Shown here piece after piece: positions 55,101 through 64,000 of a DNA stretch of 64,000 nt (its first letter is position 1; every line of letters begins with the position of its first letter). This stretch comes from Trueperaceae bacterium (GTDB taxonomy: Bacteria > Deinococcota > Deinococci > Deinococcales > Trueperaceae), in the NCBI GenBank assembly GCA_034521815.1, contig JAXHLW010000013.1, positions 1,600,001 through 1,664,000 of the forward strand, written 5' to 3'. The notes beneath the pieces were generated by a model. It was given only the letters and a program-made list of their open reading frames with translations, was not told the origin of the DNA and did not search any database. The translations under genes were made by a program, and so were the position numbers.

Positions 55101-55612
55101 TCAACAGCTTCAAGTACCCGCTCTACCTGCTCGCCACGGTGCCGCTGGCGCTGGTGGGCGCGTTCTGGCTGTTCTTCCTGACCGGCAGCGCCCTGGACGT
55201 GATCAGCGTGCTGGGGGTGGTGATCCTGATCGGTCTGGTCACGAAGAACGCCATCCTGCTCCTCGACGTGGTCATCTCCGGGCTCGAGGAGAACGAGACG
55301 CTGGAGCGGGCCCTGGTTCGGGCGGGCCGACTGCGACTGCGGCCCATCCTGATGACGGCGCTCACGGTGGTGATCATCAGCGTGCCGCTGCTTCTGGGGC
55401 TGGGCGAAGGCTCGGAGTTCCGCAAGCCGCTGGGCCTGGTGATCGTCGGCGGCGTGGTGTCGTCGACGTTCCTGACGCTGTTCGTCGTTCCCGCGGCGTT
55501 CTTCCGCTTCGAGCGGCACCGCTTCGCCAGCGAGCCGGTGGCCACGTCCCGCGACCTGCCGGCGGCACGGTCCGCCCCGCCACGCGGCGAGGGCGCTGCG
55601 CCGGGCGATTGA
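52175..55612 (+). CDS. RND efflux permease (AcrB/AcrD/AcrF family)
   Basis: GLVVDDSIVIAEN, KNAILL, RLRPILMT. Confidence 0.95.
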   Translation: MNPLIRFFVRRYVFAIAIFLAVAFFGLSAGTRLGIELLPEFDIPIVAVSTTYTGAGSQETAEQLSEPIEDAIATVPGVTDVSSFSGEGFSFVIAQFASSVDVDQAAIDVKQRVDGIVDSLPDDASTPVVQKFDPSDQPILSLAVQGTGLTLDRIEALAEETIEPVLQQVDGVADVAVVGPIAREIQVLVDPAALQSYGLSAGQIASAIGAGSATLPAGSLTVGGERILLSLRDRPESAEDVAEMVVDPVRGLLVRDVARIQDTIAEPSAFTRLNNEPVVLLEVRKVSGANAVSTARALKSRLRGLELPEGVAATVVGDTSVFVESSVIDTVRETGLAILAVALVVLLFVGRLGSTFSVVLAIPITLLGAVAIFGLLGFTFNTVTLLAITVAVGLVVDDSIVIAENVERWRRNGAGAMDAVFKGAGEVSVAVLSATLSLLAVFIPIAFLPGLIGQFFSQFGLSLAATIFVSYLEAMFFLTVRLAYLPDPLPPSWSSVRASATRIRADLRWTVLQYRRRWLAVVGVVLAGAGALDGARGGVLASTLGLEAGALAALALGTLGLAVAAALPWALLVVGVPTRTLAAALGAALRNAHEATDAGVRWLRERYAVALKAILTPRASTIVLVVAVALVASLGWVVPRIQFNFVSQVDAGAVAVTIEMPPGTPLERTDVVSSTIERAVADHPAVENVVASIGSGGLLGTDNAQLATITLELVPLGQRGRSSFEVADDLRPRVAALLADVAPEADATVGSDDGGAVPVETGLELSLQASDLDLLRERDEAARRVMRDSASLRNVASSLEGSVTERVFDLDRTALAGTGLTAAEIGATLRTYNVGTRAGDLEAGGENVGIVVRADPRFIADEQTLLSLPIYAPALQTWLPLSELGRFRVQAGPVAIDRANQAYVSTLTADIVDGAPGQFQVRNDIEEAFAAAGVTDERVTVGTGVGPDLLGDLVFYGPLAFLLAIALNYLVIASQFNSFKYPLYLLATVPLALVGAFWLFFLTGSALDVISVLGVVILIGLVTKNAILLLDVVISGLEENETLERALVRAGRLRLRPILMTALTVVIISVPLLLGLGEGSEFRKPLGLVIVGGVVSSTFLTLFVVPAAFFRFERHRFASEPVATSRDLPAARSAPPRGEGAAPGD

Positions 55613-55753
55613 CGCCGGGGCCGGTCGCCCAGCGACCGACCGTGCGTGACACCGCTCCCCCGGACCGTTACGATCATTGGGAGGAGCGTCCGTGCGACCT
55701 CGCACGGCGGTCGGTCGGACGACCGGGTACCGTTCTTCCGTGGAGGCGGACCG

Positions 55754-57184
55754 TTGAACACCCCCCCGATGATCATCCAAGGCGGCATGGGCGTCGCCGT
55801 ATCCGGCTGGAGACTCGCTCGCGCGGTCTCCGAGCTCGGCCAGCTGGGCGTCGTGTCCGGTACCGGCATCGACACCGTGCTCGTTCGGCGACTGCAGGAC
55901 GGCGACCCGGGCGGGCACGTTCGCCGTGCCATCGAGCGCTTCCCGATGCGGGACGTCGCAGCCAGCCTGCTGGACCGCTACTTCCGCCCGGGCGGGCGCG
56001 AGCCGGGGCAGCCGTACCTGCGCCTGCCGCTCGCGACGGTCGAGGGGAACCGCCTGCAGCGCGGCGCCCTCATGGTCGGCACGTTCGTCGAGACGTTCCT
56101 CGCCAAGGAGGGCCACGACCGACCGGTCGGCATGAACCTGCTGACGAAGATCCAGCTCGCGACCCTCCCCAGCCTCTACGGAGCGATGCTGGCGGGCGTG
56201 GATTGGATCCTGATGGGCGCCGGCATTCCGATGGCCATCCCCGGAGCGTTGGACCGGCTGGCGCGGAACGAGTCGGCCTCGCTACGCATCGACGTCGCCA
56301 ACGCCGAGCGCGGAGATCCGCCCGTCGAGACCGTGTTCGATCCTGCCGAGTTCGGCAGCGAGCAGCCTGCGCCGCTGCGCCGGCCCGGCTTCCTGCCGAT
56401 CGTCGCCTCTCATTCGCTGGCCAGCATGCTGATCAAGCGCGCGTCCGGATCGATCGAGGGGTTCATCATCGAGGGGCCCACCGCCGGGGGGCACAACGCT
56501 CCGCCGCGCGGCGGCAAGACGTTCGACGAGCTCGGCCAGCCGGTGTACGGCGAGCGGGACGTCGTCGACTTGGACAAGCTCCGTGAGCTCGATCGGCCGT
56601 TCTGGCTGGCCGGCGGTACCGGCTCGCCGCAGGGGCTTCGCGACGCTCTGGACCAAGGCGCCACGGGCATCCAGGTCGGCACGCTGTTCGCGTTCTGCGA
56701 CGAGTCGGGCCTGACCGAGGAGATCAAGCGCGACGTACGTGACCAGGTCCGGTCGGGACGGGCGACGGTGAGGACCGACCCACGCGCCTCGCCCACCGGC
56801 TTCCCGTTCAAGGTCGTCTCGCTCGAAGGAACGAACTCGGAGCCGGACCGGTACGAGGACCGAGGGCGGGTGTGCGACCTCGGCTACCTGCGCGAGGTGT
56901 ACCGGACGCCCACGGGCCAGCTGGGCTACCGCTGCGCCTCGGAGCCGGTGGACGCCTACCTCGCCAAGGGCGGCGAGGTCGAGGACACCGTCGGCCGGAA
57001 ATGCCTGTGCAACGCGCTGCTCGCGGACGTCGGCCGGGCGCAGGTCCAGAAGGGCGGCGAGGTCGAGCGTCCCCTGGTCACCAGCGGCGACGACCTCACC
57101 AACCTCGGGCGGTTCCTGCCGTCGATCTCCGAAGGCGAGAGCTACACCGCAGCCGACGTGGTGCGCTACCTGCTCGGACGCTGA
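55754..57184 (+). CDS. Nitronate monooxygenase family flavoprotein (long, Cys-containing type)
   Basis: IIQGGMG, MGAGIP, EGPTAGGHN, LAGG, QVGT.F, KCLCN. TTG start after GGAGG. Confidence 0.88.
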   Translation: MNTPPMIIQGGMGVAVSGWRLARAVSELGQLGVVSGTGIDTVLVRRLQDGDPGGHVRRAIERFPMRDVAASLLDRYFRPGGREPGQPYLRLPLATVEGNRLQRGALMVGTFVETFLAKEGHDRPVGMNLLTKIQLATLPSLYGAMLAGVDWILMGAGIPMAIPGALDRLARNESASLRIDVANAERGDPPVETVFDPAEFGSEQPAPLRRPGFLPIVASHSLASMLIKRASGSIEGFIIEGPTAGGHNAPPRGGKTFDELGQPVYGERDVVDLDKLRELDRPFWLAGGTGSPQGLRDALDQGATGIQVGTLFAFCDESGLTEEIKRDVRDQVRSGRATVRTDPRASPTGFPFKVVSLEGTNSEPDRYEDRGRVCDLGYLREVYRTPTGQLGYRCASEPVDAYLAKGGEVEDTVGRKCLCNALLADVGRAQVQKGGEVERPLVTSGDDLTNLGRFLPSISEGESYTAADVVRYLLGR

Positions 57185-57401
57185 GCCACGGGCGGGCCGC
57201 CACGTCGACCCGGCACGTCGGCCCGCCCGGATGCACGAAACGCCGCACCGCCGCGTGAAAACCGCGTGATACCATCGCGCCGTCGGTTCGCAGCCGGTCC
57301 TCGGACCGCTCTTCGCGCCCGCCGGCGCCGTTCGTCTCGCGCCCGGTCGTGGAGGGCGGCCGCCTGCCGGTGGGCGGCCCCATCCCCGCCTTGGAGGTGC
57401 C

Positions 57402-59480
57402 ATGGAGTTTCTCGTCATTCTCGTCCCGATCGCCGCGATCGTCGCGCTGTTCGCTGCTTGGCAGCAGGCCAACGGCGTTCTGTCCGCCCCCACCGGCGAC
57501 GCCCGCATGAACGAGATCGCGGACGCCATTCGGCAGGGCGCCAGCGCCTATATGAACCGTCAGTACCGCACGATCTTCGTCGTCGCGCTGATCATCGCCG
57601 CCCTGTTCGCGCTGGTGGCGTACTTTCAGACCGCCCCGCACCAGGCGACGACCTGGTGGTGGACCACGGTCGGCTTCGTCGTGGGTGCGGTCTTCAGCGC
57701 CCTCAGCGGCTACGCCGGCATGAACTTCGCGGTGCGCGCCAACGTCCGGGTCGCTCAAGCCGCGCGTGAGGGGATCCCCGGCGCCCTCAAGATCGCTTTC
57801 GGCGGCGGCGCCGTGTCCGGCCTGGCCGTGGCGGGCCTCGCCCTGCTGGGCGTGTCCGGCTTCTTCGTGCTCTTCGACCTGGTGCTGGGCTTGGCGAACC
57901 CGATCGAGCCGCTGGTGGGCTTCGCGTTCGGCGCCTCGCTGATCAGCCTGTTCGCGCGGGTCGGCGGCGGCATCTACACGAAGGCGGCCGACGTGGGAGC
58001 GGACCTGGTCGGCAAGCTCGAGGCCGGCATCCCCGAGGACGACCCCCGCAACCCGGCCGTGATCGCCGACAACGTCGGCGACAACGTCGGCGACTGCGCC
58101 GGCATGGGCGCGGACCTGTTCGAGACGTACGCCGTGACCGCCATCGGCGCGGTCTTCCTCGGCTACCTCCTGCCGGGAGGGATCGTCTCGGCCCTGGTGA
58201 CGTACCCGCTGGTGCTGGGCGCGATCGCGATCCTGGCGTCCGTCGTCGGGGTGCGTTTCGTCAAGCTGGGCAGCGACGGAAACATCATGGGCGCGCTGAA
58301 CCGCGGCGTGTACACCAGCGCCGCCATCTCGGCGGTCGGCTTCCTGATCGCCTCCGCGCTGATGCTGCAGAATGCGAACGAGCTCCTGGGCACGGGATCG
58401 TGGTTCTCGCTGTTCCTGGCGTCGATGGTCGGCATCGTCGTGACGCTGCTGCTGATGTTCATCACCGAGTACTACACCTCGACCGAGTACGCGCCGGTCC
58501 GGCGCATCGCCAAGGCGTCCGAGACGGGCGCCGCCACGAACATCATCAGCGGCCTGGCGGTCGGCATGCAGTCCACGGCCGCTCCGGTCCTGGTGCTGGC
58601 GTTGGCGACCTTCGGGTCGTTCCTGCTGGGCGGGCTCTACGGGATCGCGGTCGCTGCGGTCGCGATGCTGTCGGTGACCGGGATGGTCGTCGCGATGGAC
58701 ACCTACGGGCCGATCACCGACAACGCCGGCGGGATCGCCGAGATGAGCGAGCTCCCGCACGAGGTCCGCGTCAACACCGACGCCCTGGACGCGGTCGGCA
58801 ACACCACCAAGGCGGTGACGAAGGGGTACGCCGTCGGTTCCGCGGCGCTGGCCGCGCTGGTGCTGTTCGCGGACTACGCCGAGCGGCTGGACCTGGGCGA
58901 GGCGGCGTTCCGGCTGAACGACCCCCTGGTCGTCGTCGGCCTGCTGTTCGGCGCGATGCTGCCGTTCCTGTTCAGCGCGTTCCTGATGGAGTCGGTCGGC
59001 AAGGCCGCCGGCGCGGTGATCGAGGAGGTGCGCCGGCAGTTCCGCGACGTGCCCGGCATCATGGACGGCACCGGCAAGCCCGAGTACGGCAAGGCGGTGG
59101 ACATCGTCACGACCGCCGCCCTGAAGGAGATGGCGGTTCCGGGCCTGATGGCGGTCGTCGCGCCCCTGATCGTCGGCTTCCTGTTCGGCCCGATCGCGCT
59201 CGGAGGACTGCTGATCGGCGTCACCGTCTCGGGTCTGATGATGGCGCTGATGATGTCGAACGGCGGCGGCGCTTGGGACAACGCCAAGAAGTACGTCGAG
59301 GACGGCCACCACGGCGGGCCCGGCTCCGAGGCGCACGCCGCGAGCGTGGTGGGCGACACCGTCGGTGATCCGTACAAGGACACGGCGGGCCCGTCGATCA
59401 ACCCGCTGATCAAGGTGATCAACACCGTGGCGCTCATCTTCGCGGGCCTGATCGCCAGCGTGGGCGGCATCCTGCTCTGA
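57402..59480 (+). CDS. hppA: Membrane-bound pyrophosphatase, K+-independent H+-pumping type
   Basis: [43 protein letters not shown] (Lys form), [10 protein letters not shown]. Confidence 0.95.
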   Translation: MEFLVILVPIAAIVALFAAWQQANGVLSAPTGDARMNEIADAIRQGASAYMNRQYRTIFVVALIIAALFALVAYFQTAPHQATTWWWTTVGFVVGAVFSALSGYAGMNFAVRANVRVAQAAREGIPGALKIAFGGGAVSGLAVAGLALLGVSGFFVLFDLVLGLANPIEPLVGFAFGASLISLFARVGGGIYTKAADVGADLVGKLEAGIPEDDPRNPAVIADNVGDNVGDCAGMGADLFETYAVTAIGAVFLGYLLPGGIVSALVTYPLVLGAIAILASVVGVRFVKLGSDGNIMGALNRGVYTSAAISAVGFLIASALMLQNANELLGTGSWFSLFLASMVGIVVTLLLMFITEYYTSTEYAPVRRIAKASETGAATNIISGLAVGMQSTAAPVLVLALATFGSFLLGGLYGIAVAAVAMLSVTGMVVAMDTYGPITDNAGGIAEMSELPHEVRVNTDALDAVGNTTKAVTKGYAVGSAALAALVLFADYAERLDLGEAAFRLNDPLVVVGLLFGAMLPFLFSAFLMESVGKAAGAVIEEVRRQFRDVPGIMDGTGKPEYGKAVDIVTTAALKEMAVPGLMAVVAPLIVGFLFGPIALGGLLIGVTVSGLMMALMMSNGGGAWDNAKKYVEDGHHGGPGSEAHAASVVGDTVGDPYKDTAGPSINPLIKVINTVALIFAGLIASVGGILL

Positions 59481-59494
59481 GGCGCGGGGCCCTC

Positions 59495-59546
59495 ACGACA
59501 GAGCGATGCGCGCGACCGGAGGTTCGGTCGCGCGCATCGCTGTCGT
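59495..59546 (+). terminator. Long GC hairpin after hppA
   Basis: 17-bp perfect stem 59502-59518 / 59525-59541. No U-tract. Confidence 0.55.
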
Positions 59547-59578
59547 CGTTCTCGTCATCGGCCGTTCTCGTCATCGCT

Positions 59579-59840
59579 GGCCTCGTCCGGCCCCAACTAT
59601 CCATTATACGACGTTTCGCGCCGATGTCATGAAGCGCATTTCGCGGCGCGCGCAGGTCGCTCGGTCGTAGCATCACAGGCGAAAGGGAAAGGAGGCACTT
59701 ATAGACGACGAGATGAACCGATCCTTCAACGGAGTCCCTCGATCCCACTAAAGGCTCACCCGCTCATCCCGAACGGCCCGAACAGGGCGACCGAAGACGG
59801 AGGCGACCGAGCGACAAGAGGAGAATCGAGGGACTTCCGT
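59579..59840 (+). ncRNA. Putative structured RNA unit, copy 1 (promoter, SD, short non-AUG ORF, multibranch fold)
   Basis: TAGCAT 59668-59673, GGAGG 59691-59695, closing stem 59729-59743 / 59825-59840. Core 59752-59812 is 59/61 identical to copy 2. Confidence 0.6.
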
Positions 59841-59879
59841 ATGCGCCCGGCGGGCATCCGTCCGAGGCGCGCGCTCGTT

Positions 59880-59930
59880 TTTGGGGACGCGTGCATCTTT
59901 GGGGCGCGTGCATCTTTGGGCGTGTGCATC
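59880..59930. repeat. Three degenerate 16-18 nt tandem repeats TTTGGG(G)(A)CGYGTGCATC between the two RNA units
   Basis: Read directly from the sequence. Confidence 0.8.
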
Positions 59931-59938
59931 GATGCCGG

Positions 59939-60196
59939 GGCCTTCGCCAGCCCCAATTTGTAATCATACGCCCATCCGGCCCAAAAGGCTGAATCACATC
60001 TCACCGCGCGCCCAGATCGGTGGGGCGTAGCATCACAGGTGAAGGGAGGTTCGCCAATCGAAGAACCGACGAACCAGTCCTTGAACGAAGTTCCTCGATC
60101 CTAGTAGAGGCTCACCCGCTCATCCTGAACGGCCCGAACCGGGCGACCGAAGACGGAGGCGACCGAGCAGGAACAGGAGATCGAGGGGCTTCGTTC
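59939..60196 (+). ncRNA. Putative structured RNA unit, copy 2
   Basis: TAGCAT 60028-60033, GGAGG 60045-60049, 18-bp closing stem 60083-60100 / 60179-60196, core 60108-60168. Confidence 0.6.
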
Positions 60197-60268
60197 GTAC
60201 CCTGATCCCAACGCACGTCGATCTGCACCTTCCACCCCCGCCGACGCGGGGGCGTCGTAGTCTGGCGT

Positions 60269-61123
60269 ATGCAGCTCCGTTCGCTGGCCGGCTGGACCGA
60301 ATCGTGGTTCGTCGAGGAGGTGCGCGACCTCGGCGACGCCGTCGCGTTGCGCTGCCCGACCGAGCCGACCTTTCGTTGGGGCAACGTGCTGATGATTCCG
60401 GACGCCCCCGAGCCCGGTGACCGCGCGTGCCTCGAGGCGCGCTTCGCCGAGGTGTTCGACGACCTGCCGGAGGTGCGGCACGTCACGGTCGGCTGGGACG
60501 ATCCGGAGGGGCGTGAAGGCGACGTCGCCGAGTGGCAAGCCGCGGGCTACGAGATCGACCGAAACGTGACGCGCGTCGCGGAGGCGGCCGATCTGCACGC
60601 CCCCGCGGGGCGCCCCGCCGGTTTCGCCGTCCGTGCCGCCCGCGACGACGACGACTGGCGTCAGGTCGTCGCGCTGCAGGCGTCCGACCCCGGCGACGAG
60701 GAGCCGACGTCCTACCGCGCGTTAATCCTTGGACGTGCCGCGTTTCGCAGACGCCTGGCGGAAGGAGTGCGACCCGATCTGCACGGGGCGTGGTTCCTCG
60801 CGACCCTCCACGGCGTGCCGGTGGGCAGCATGGGCCTGTTCGTCCACCAGCGCGTCGGTCGGTTCCAGTTCGTGCACGTGGCGCCGGAGCACCGCCGAAA
60901 AGGCGTCGCGACGGCCATGGTCCACGCCGTCGCGCGCGAAGGGCTAGGGCGCATGGGGGCGGAGCGCCTGGTGATCGTGGGGGACGAGGGAACGTCCGCC
61001 GACGGCATCTACGCCGCCCTGGGCTTCCGCGCCGTCGAGCGCCTCGTCGGCGCCTGCCGCAAGGAGCCGGTCGGCGCGGAGCGGCAAAGCGTGGCGCCGG
61101 GGATCACGTCCAAGACAGGATGA
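60269..61123 (+). CDS. GNAT family N-acetyltransferase
   Basis: [19 protein letters not shown] acetyl-CoA motif, IYAALGF. Leaderless TAGTCT-N5-ATG. Confidence 0.85.
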   Translation: MQLRSLAGWTESWFVEEVRDLGDAVALRCPTEPTFRWGNVLMIPDAPEPGDRACLEARFAEVFDDLPEVRHVTVGWDDPEGREGDVAEWQAAGYEIDRNVTRVAEAADLHAPAGRPAGFAVRAARDDDDWRQVVALQASDPGDEEPTSYRALILGRAAFRRRLAEGVRPDLHGAWFLATLHGVPVGSMGLFVHQRVGRFQFVHVAPEHRRKGVATAMVHAVAREGLGRMGAERLVIVGDEGTSADGIYAALGFRAVERLVGACRKEPVGAERQSVAPGITSKTG

Positions 61124-62138
61124 CCTTGCCAGCCTCTCCGGAGCGCATCGCATCGAACCCCGCCTGGAAGTCGTCCACGTCGAACCGGTGGGTGATCACC
61201 GGATCCAGGTCCAGGCCGGCCTGCAGAAGGTTGCCCATCTTGTACCAGGTCTCGAACATCTCGCGACCGTAGATCCCGCGCACGTGGAGCCCCTTGAAGA
61301 TCAGCTGATTCATGTCGATCGGCACGCGCCGGGACGGGATGCCCAGCAGCGCGATCCGTCCCCCGTGGTTCACCGTGTCCAGGATCTGCACGTACGCGCC
61401 CGGGGCGCCCGACATCTCGAGCACCACGTCGAACCCCTCGGTCATGCCCAGCCCGGCCATCACCTGGCGCAGGTCGGCGTCGTCTCGCGACACGTCCACG
61501 ACCCGGTCGGCCGCGCCCATCGCCTCCGCCAGACGCAGGCGGTGCGGGTTCACGTCGGTGATGACCACGTAGCGCGCGCCGACGAAACGAGCGACGGCCG
61601 AGGCCATCACGCCGATCGGACCCGCGCCCGTGATCAGCACGTCCTCGCCCACCAGATCGAACGCCAGTGCGGTATGGACCGCGTTCCCGAACGGATCGAG
61701 GATCGCCGCCCACTCGTCGGGAATCCCGTCCGGCACCTTGTACGCGTTGCCCGCCGGCAGCACGAAGCGCTCCGCGAACGCGCCGGGGCGGTTCACGCCG
61801 ACCCCCAGCGTGTTGCGGCACAGGTGCCTGCGCCCGGCCCTGCAGTTGCGGCAATGGCCGCACGTCAGGTGCCCCTCGCCGCTGACGCGGTCGCCGACGG
61901 CGTAGCCTTCGACCTCCGACCCGACGGCCTGCACGACCCCGACGTACTCGTGCCCGGTGATCATCGGGACCGGCACGGTCCGCGCCGCCCAGTCGTCCCA
62001 GGAATAGATGTGCACGTCCGTGCCGCAGATCGACGTGTGCGTGATCCCGATCAGCAGGTCGTTGGGGCCCGGCGTCGGCTCGGGCGCGTCGATCATCGAG
62101 ATGCCCGGTCCCGGCTCGAGCTTCGCGAGCGCCTTCAC
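61104..62138 (-). CDS. tdh: L-threonine 3-dehydrogenase
   Basis: [19 protein letters not shown].......C Zn site, [14 protein letters not shown]. Confidence 0.96.
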   Translation of the reverse strand: MKALAKLEPGPGISMIDAPEPTPGPNDLLIGITHTSICGTDVHIYSWDDWAARTVPVPMITGHEYVGVVQAVGSEVEGYAVGDRVSGEGHLTCGHCRNCRAGRRHLCRNTLGVGVNRPGAFAERFVLPAGNAYKVPDGIPDEWAAILDPFGNAVHTALAFDLVGEDVLITGAGPIGVMASAVARFVGARYVVITDVNPHRLRLAEAMGAADRVVDVSRDDADLRQVMAGLGMTEGFDVVLEMSGAPGAYVQILDTVNHGGRIALLGIPSRRVPIDMNQLIFKGLHVRGIYGREMFETWYKMGNLLQAGLDLDPVITHRFDVDDFQAGFDAMRSGEAGKVILSWT

Positions 62139-63328
62139 GACGGGATCACCCCCAGCTCGGTGCCCACGCGGGTGAACGCCAGCACCGCCTGCTCGAGCTG
62201 CTCGCGGGTGTGCAACGCCGACAGCTGGGTACGGATGCGGGCCTGACCGCTCGGCACGACCGGGTACGAGAACGCGATCACGTAGATCCCCTCGTCCAGC
62301 AGGCGATCGGCCATGCGCGAGGCCAGCGCGGCGTCCCCGACCATGACCGGCACGATCGGATGGCCGTCACCGGCCAGCTCGAAGCCCGCCTCCGTCATCG
62401 CGGTGCGGAAGAACGAGGCGTTGTCGCGCAGCCGCTCGCGAAGATCGCCGGAGGCCTCGAGCAGGTCGAGCACCTCGAGCGATGCCGCCACGACCGGCGG
62501 CGCGACGCTGTTCGAGAACAGGTACGGGCGGCTTCGCTGGCGAAGCCAGTCGGTCACCTCGCGCTTCGCGGCGGTGAACCCGCCCGTCGCGCCTCCCAGC
62601 GCCTTGCCCAGCGTGCTGGTGATGATGTCCACCCGGCCCAGCACGCCGCGGTGCTCGTGGCTGCCACGTCCGTTCCGTCCCATGAACCCGGTGGCGTGAC
62701 AGTCGTCCACCATCACCATCGCGTCGTAGCGGTCGGCCAGGTCGCAGATCGCCTCCAGGTCGGCGACGATGCCGTCCATCGAGAACACCCCGTCGGTGGC
62801 GATCAGCCGGAAGCGGGCGTCCTGGGCCTCGATGAGCTTGGCCTCGAGGTCGGCCATGTCGTCGTTCGCGTAGCGGAACCGCTCCGCCTTGCAGAGCCGG
62901 ATCCCATCGATGATGCTGGCGTGGTTCAGCGCGTCGCTGATCACGGCGTCCTCGGGACCCAGCAACGTCTCGAACAGTCCTCCGTTGGCGTCGAACGCGG
63001 AGGCGTACAGCACCGCGTCCTCGCTGCCGACGAACTCGGCCAGGCGGGCCTCGAGCTCCTTGTGAATGTCCTGGGTACCGCAGATGAAGCGGACCGACGC
63101 CATGCCGAAGCCGCGATCGTCGATCCCCCGCTTGGCGGCCTCCATGATCGCTTCGTGGTTCGCGAGTCCGAGGTAGTTGTTCGCGCACAGGTTCAACACC
63201 TCGCCGCCACCCTCCACGTCGATCAGGTCCTGCTGGTGCGACGCGATGACGCGCTCTTCCTTGTACAGCCCTTGGCTCCTAAGCGTCTGCAGCTCGCGGG
63301 CGAGGTGGGCGATCAGATCTCGGGACAT
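62135..63328 (-). CDS. kbl: Glycine C-acetyltransferase (2-amino-3-ketobutyrate CoA ligase)
   Basis: [40 protein letters not shown]. Confidence 0.96.
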   Translation of the reverse strand: MSRDLIAHLARELQTLRSQGLYKEERVIASHQQDLIDVEGGGEVLNLCANNYLGLANHEAIMEAAKRGIDDRGFGMASVRFICGTQDIHKELEARLAEFVGSEDAVLYASAFDANGGLFETLLGPEDAVISDALNHASIIDGIRLCKAERFRYANDDMADLEAKLIEAQDARFRLIATDGVFSMDGIVADLEAICDLADRYDAMVMVDDCHATGFMGRNGRGSHEHRGVLGRVDIITSTLGKALGGATGGFTAAKREVTDWLRQRSRPYLFSNSVAPPVVAASLEVLDLLEASGDLRERLRDNASFFRTAMTEAGFELAGDGHPIVPVMVGDAALASRMADRLLDEGIYVIAFSYPVVPSGQARIRTQLSALHTREQLEQAVLAFTRVGTELGVIPS

Positions 63329-63446
63329 GCGCAGTCCTTTCCGAACGGGGGCTCGTACGTCAGGCTACCGCCGCTACGACGTTCGTGCACCCGGGCGTGG
63401 ACGCGGGCCTGGACCCGGGCCTGGACCCTGCCGTGTACGCTGGCGC

Positions 63447-64000
63447 ATGCGAAGAAACCCGGTCAAACGCGCGCTGGACGAGGGACGCCCCGTGGTGAGC
63501 GGCTGGCTGACCGTCGGCCACCCGCTTCTCGCCGAAGGGCTGGCTCACGCCGGCTACGACGCCGTCACGGTCGACGCTCAGCACGGCGCGGTCGACGATG
63601 CCGAGCTGCTCGGCGTGCTGCAGGCGATCTCGACGACGGACGCGGTTCCCCTGGTGCGGGTCGCCTGGAACGAGCCTGCGCGCATCATGAAGGCCCTGGA
63701 CCTGGGCGCGTACGGCGTGATCGCACCGATGATCGAGGGGCCCGACGACGTCGAAGCGCTGATCGCGGCCTGCCGCTACCCGCCGCTTGGCCGCCGAAGC
63801 CACGGTCCGACACGCGCGGCGTTCTACGCCGGAGCGGACTATCCGCAGCACGCGAACGACGAGATCCTGGCCGTCGCGATGATCGAGACGCGCGAGGCGC
63901 TCGCGTCGCTGGACGCGATCCTGGAGGTCCCCGGACTGGACATGGTGTTCGTCGGCCCCGCCGACCTGTCGCGGGCCTTGGGCGGACCTCCCGGTGCGGA
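63447..64000 (+). CDS. HpcH/HpaI aldolase family protein (3' end beyond window)
   Basis: MRRNPVKRAL..G, GYDAVTVDAQHG, VRVAWN, LDLGAYGVIAPMI, RYPP.GRRS.G, AMIET, FVGPADL. Leaderless start. Confidence 0.9.
   Translation, partial: MRRNPVKRALDEGRPVVSGWLTVGHPLLAEGLAHAGYDAVTVDAQHGAVDDAELLGVLQAISTTDAVPLVRVAWNEPARIMKALDLGAYGVIAPMIEGPDDVEALIAACRYPPLGRRSHGPTRAAFYAGADYPQHANDEILAVAMIETREALASLDAILEVPGLDMVFVGPADLSRALGGPPGA

Noticed and set aside
57402-59480. Na+-pumping or K+-dependent pyrophosphatase
   Set aside because: GNTTKA carries the Lys diagnostic of the K+-independent H+-pumping subfamily.
59579-60196. Tandem glycine riboswitch (two units, CCGAAG, near kbl-tdh)
   Set aside because: Lacks the GGAGA and CUCUCAGG aptamer signatures. 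The units are far apart with separate -10 boxes and lie beyond the 3' end of kbl-tdh.
59579-60196. Retron msr-msd, CRISPR array or MITE
   Set aside because: No reverse transcriptase, cas or transposase gene in the window. Only two long units, with no spacer pattern or target-site duplication.
59434-60205. ORF-track ORFs in the intergenic region (59434-59748, 59756-60004, 59764-59997, 60020-60205)
   Set aside because: No family motifs or RBS, and the frames are not conserved between the two repeat units.

Overview
Very GC-rich bacterial chromosomal window, most likely Deinococcota (Truepera/Deinococcus-like). This is inferred from the sigma-70 C-terminus ([11 protein letters not shown]...[16 protein letters not shown]...[16 protein letters not shown]), a yojF-bshB2 bacillithiol pair, PolX-PHP and many leaderless starts. 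About 60 CDSs cover transport, two two-component systems, a nirK-FGE-SCO nitrite reductase operon, peptidoglycan recycling, pabB/pabC, USP proteins, pgm, a diverged SigA-like sigma factor, an RND efflux operon, a K+-independent H+-PPase and kbl-tdh. I saw no rRNA, tRNA, CRISPR array, integrase or transposase. The best candidate for an undescribed system is the hppA-GNAT intergenic region (about 59580-60200), which holds two ~260-nt paralogous units about 360 nt apart. Each has a -10 box, a strong Shine-Dalgarno followed by a non-AUG (AUA/AUC) 15-16 codon ORF conserved in frame, and a ~112-nt multibranch RNA fold with a 59/61-identical core. Several genes carry single-base frameshifts or large internal deletions, which suggest long-read consensus errors or gene decay.
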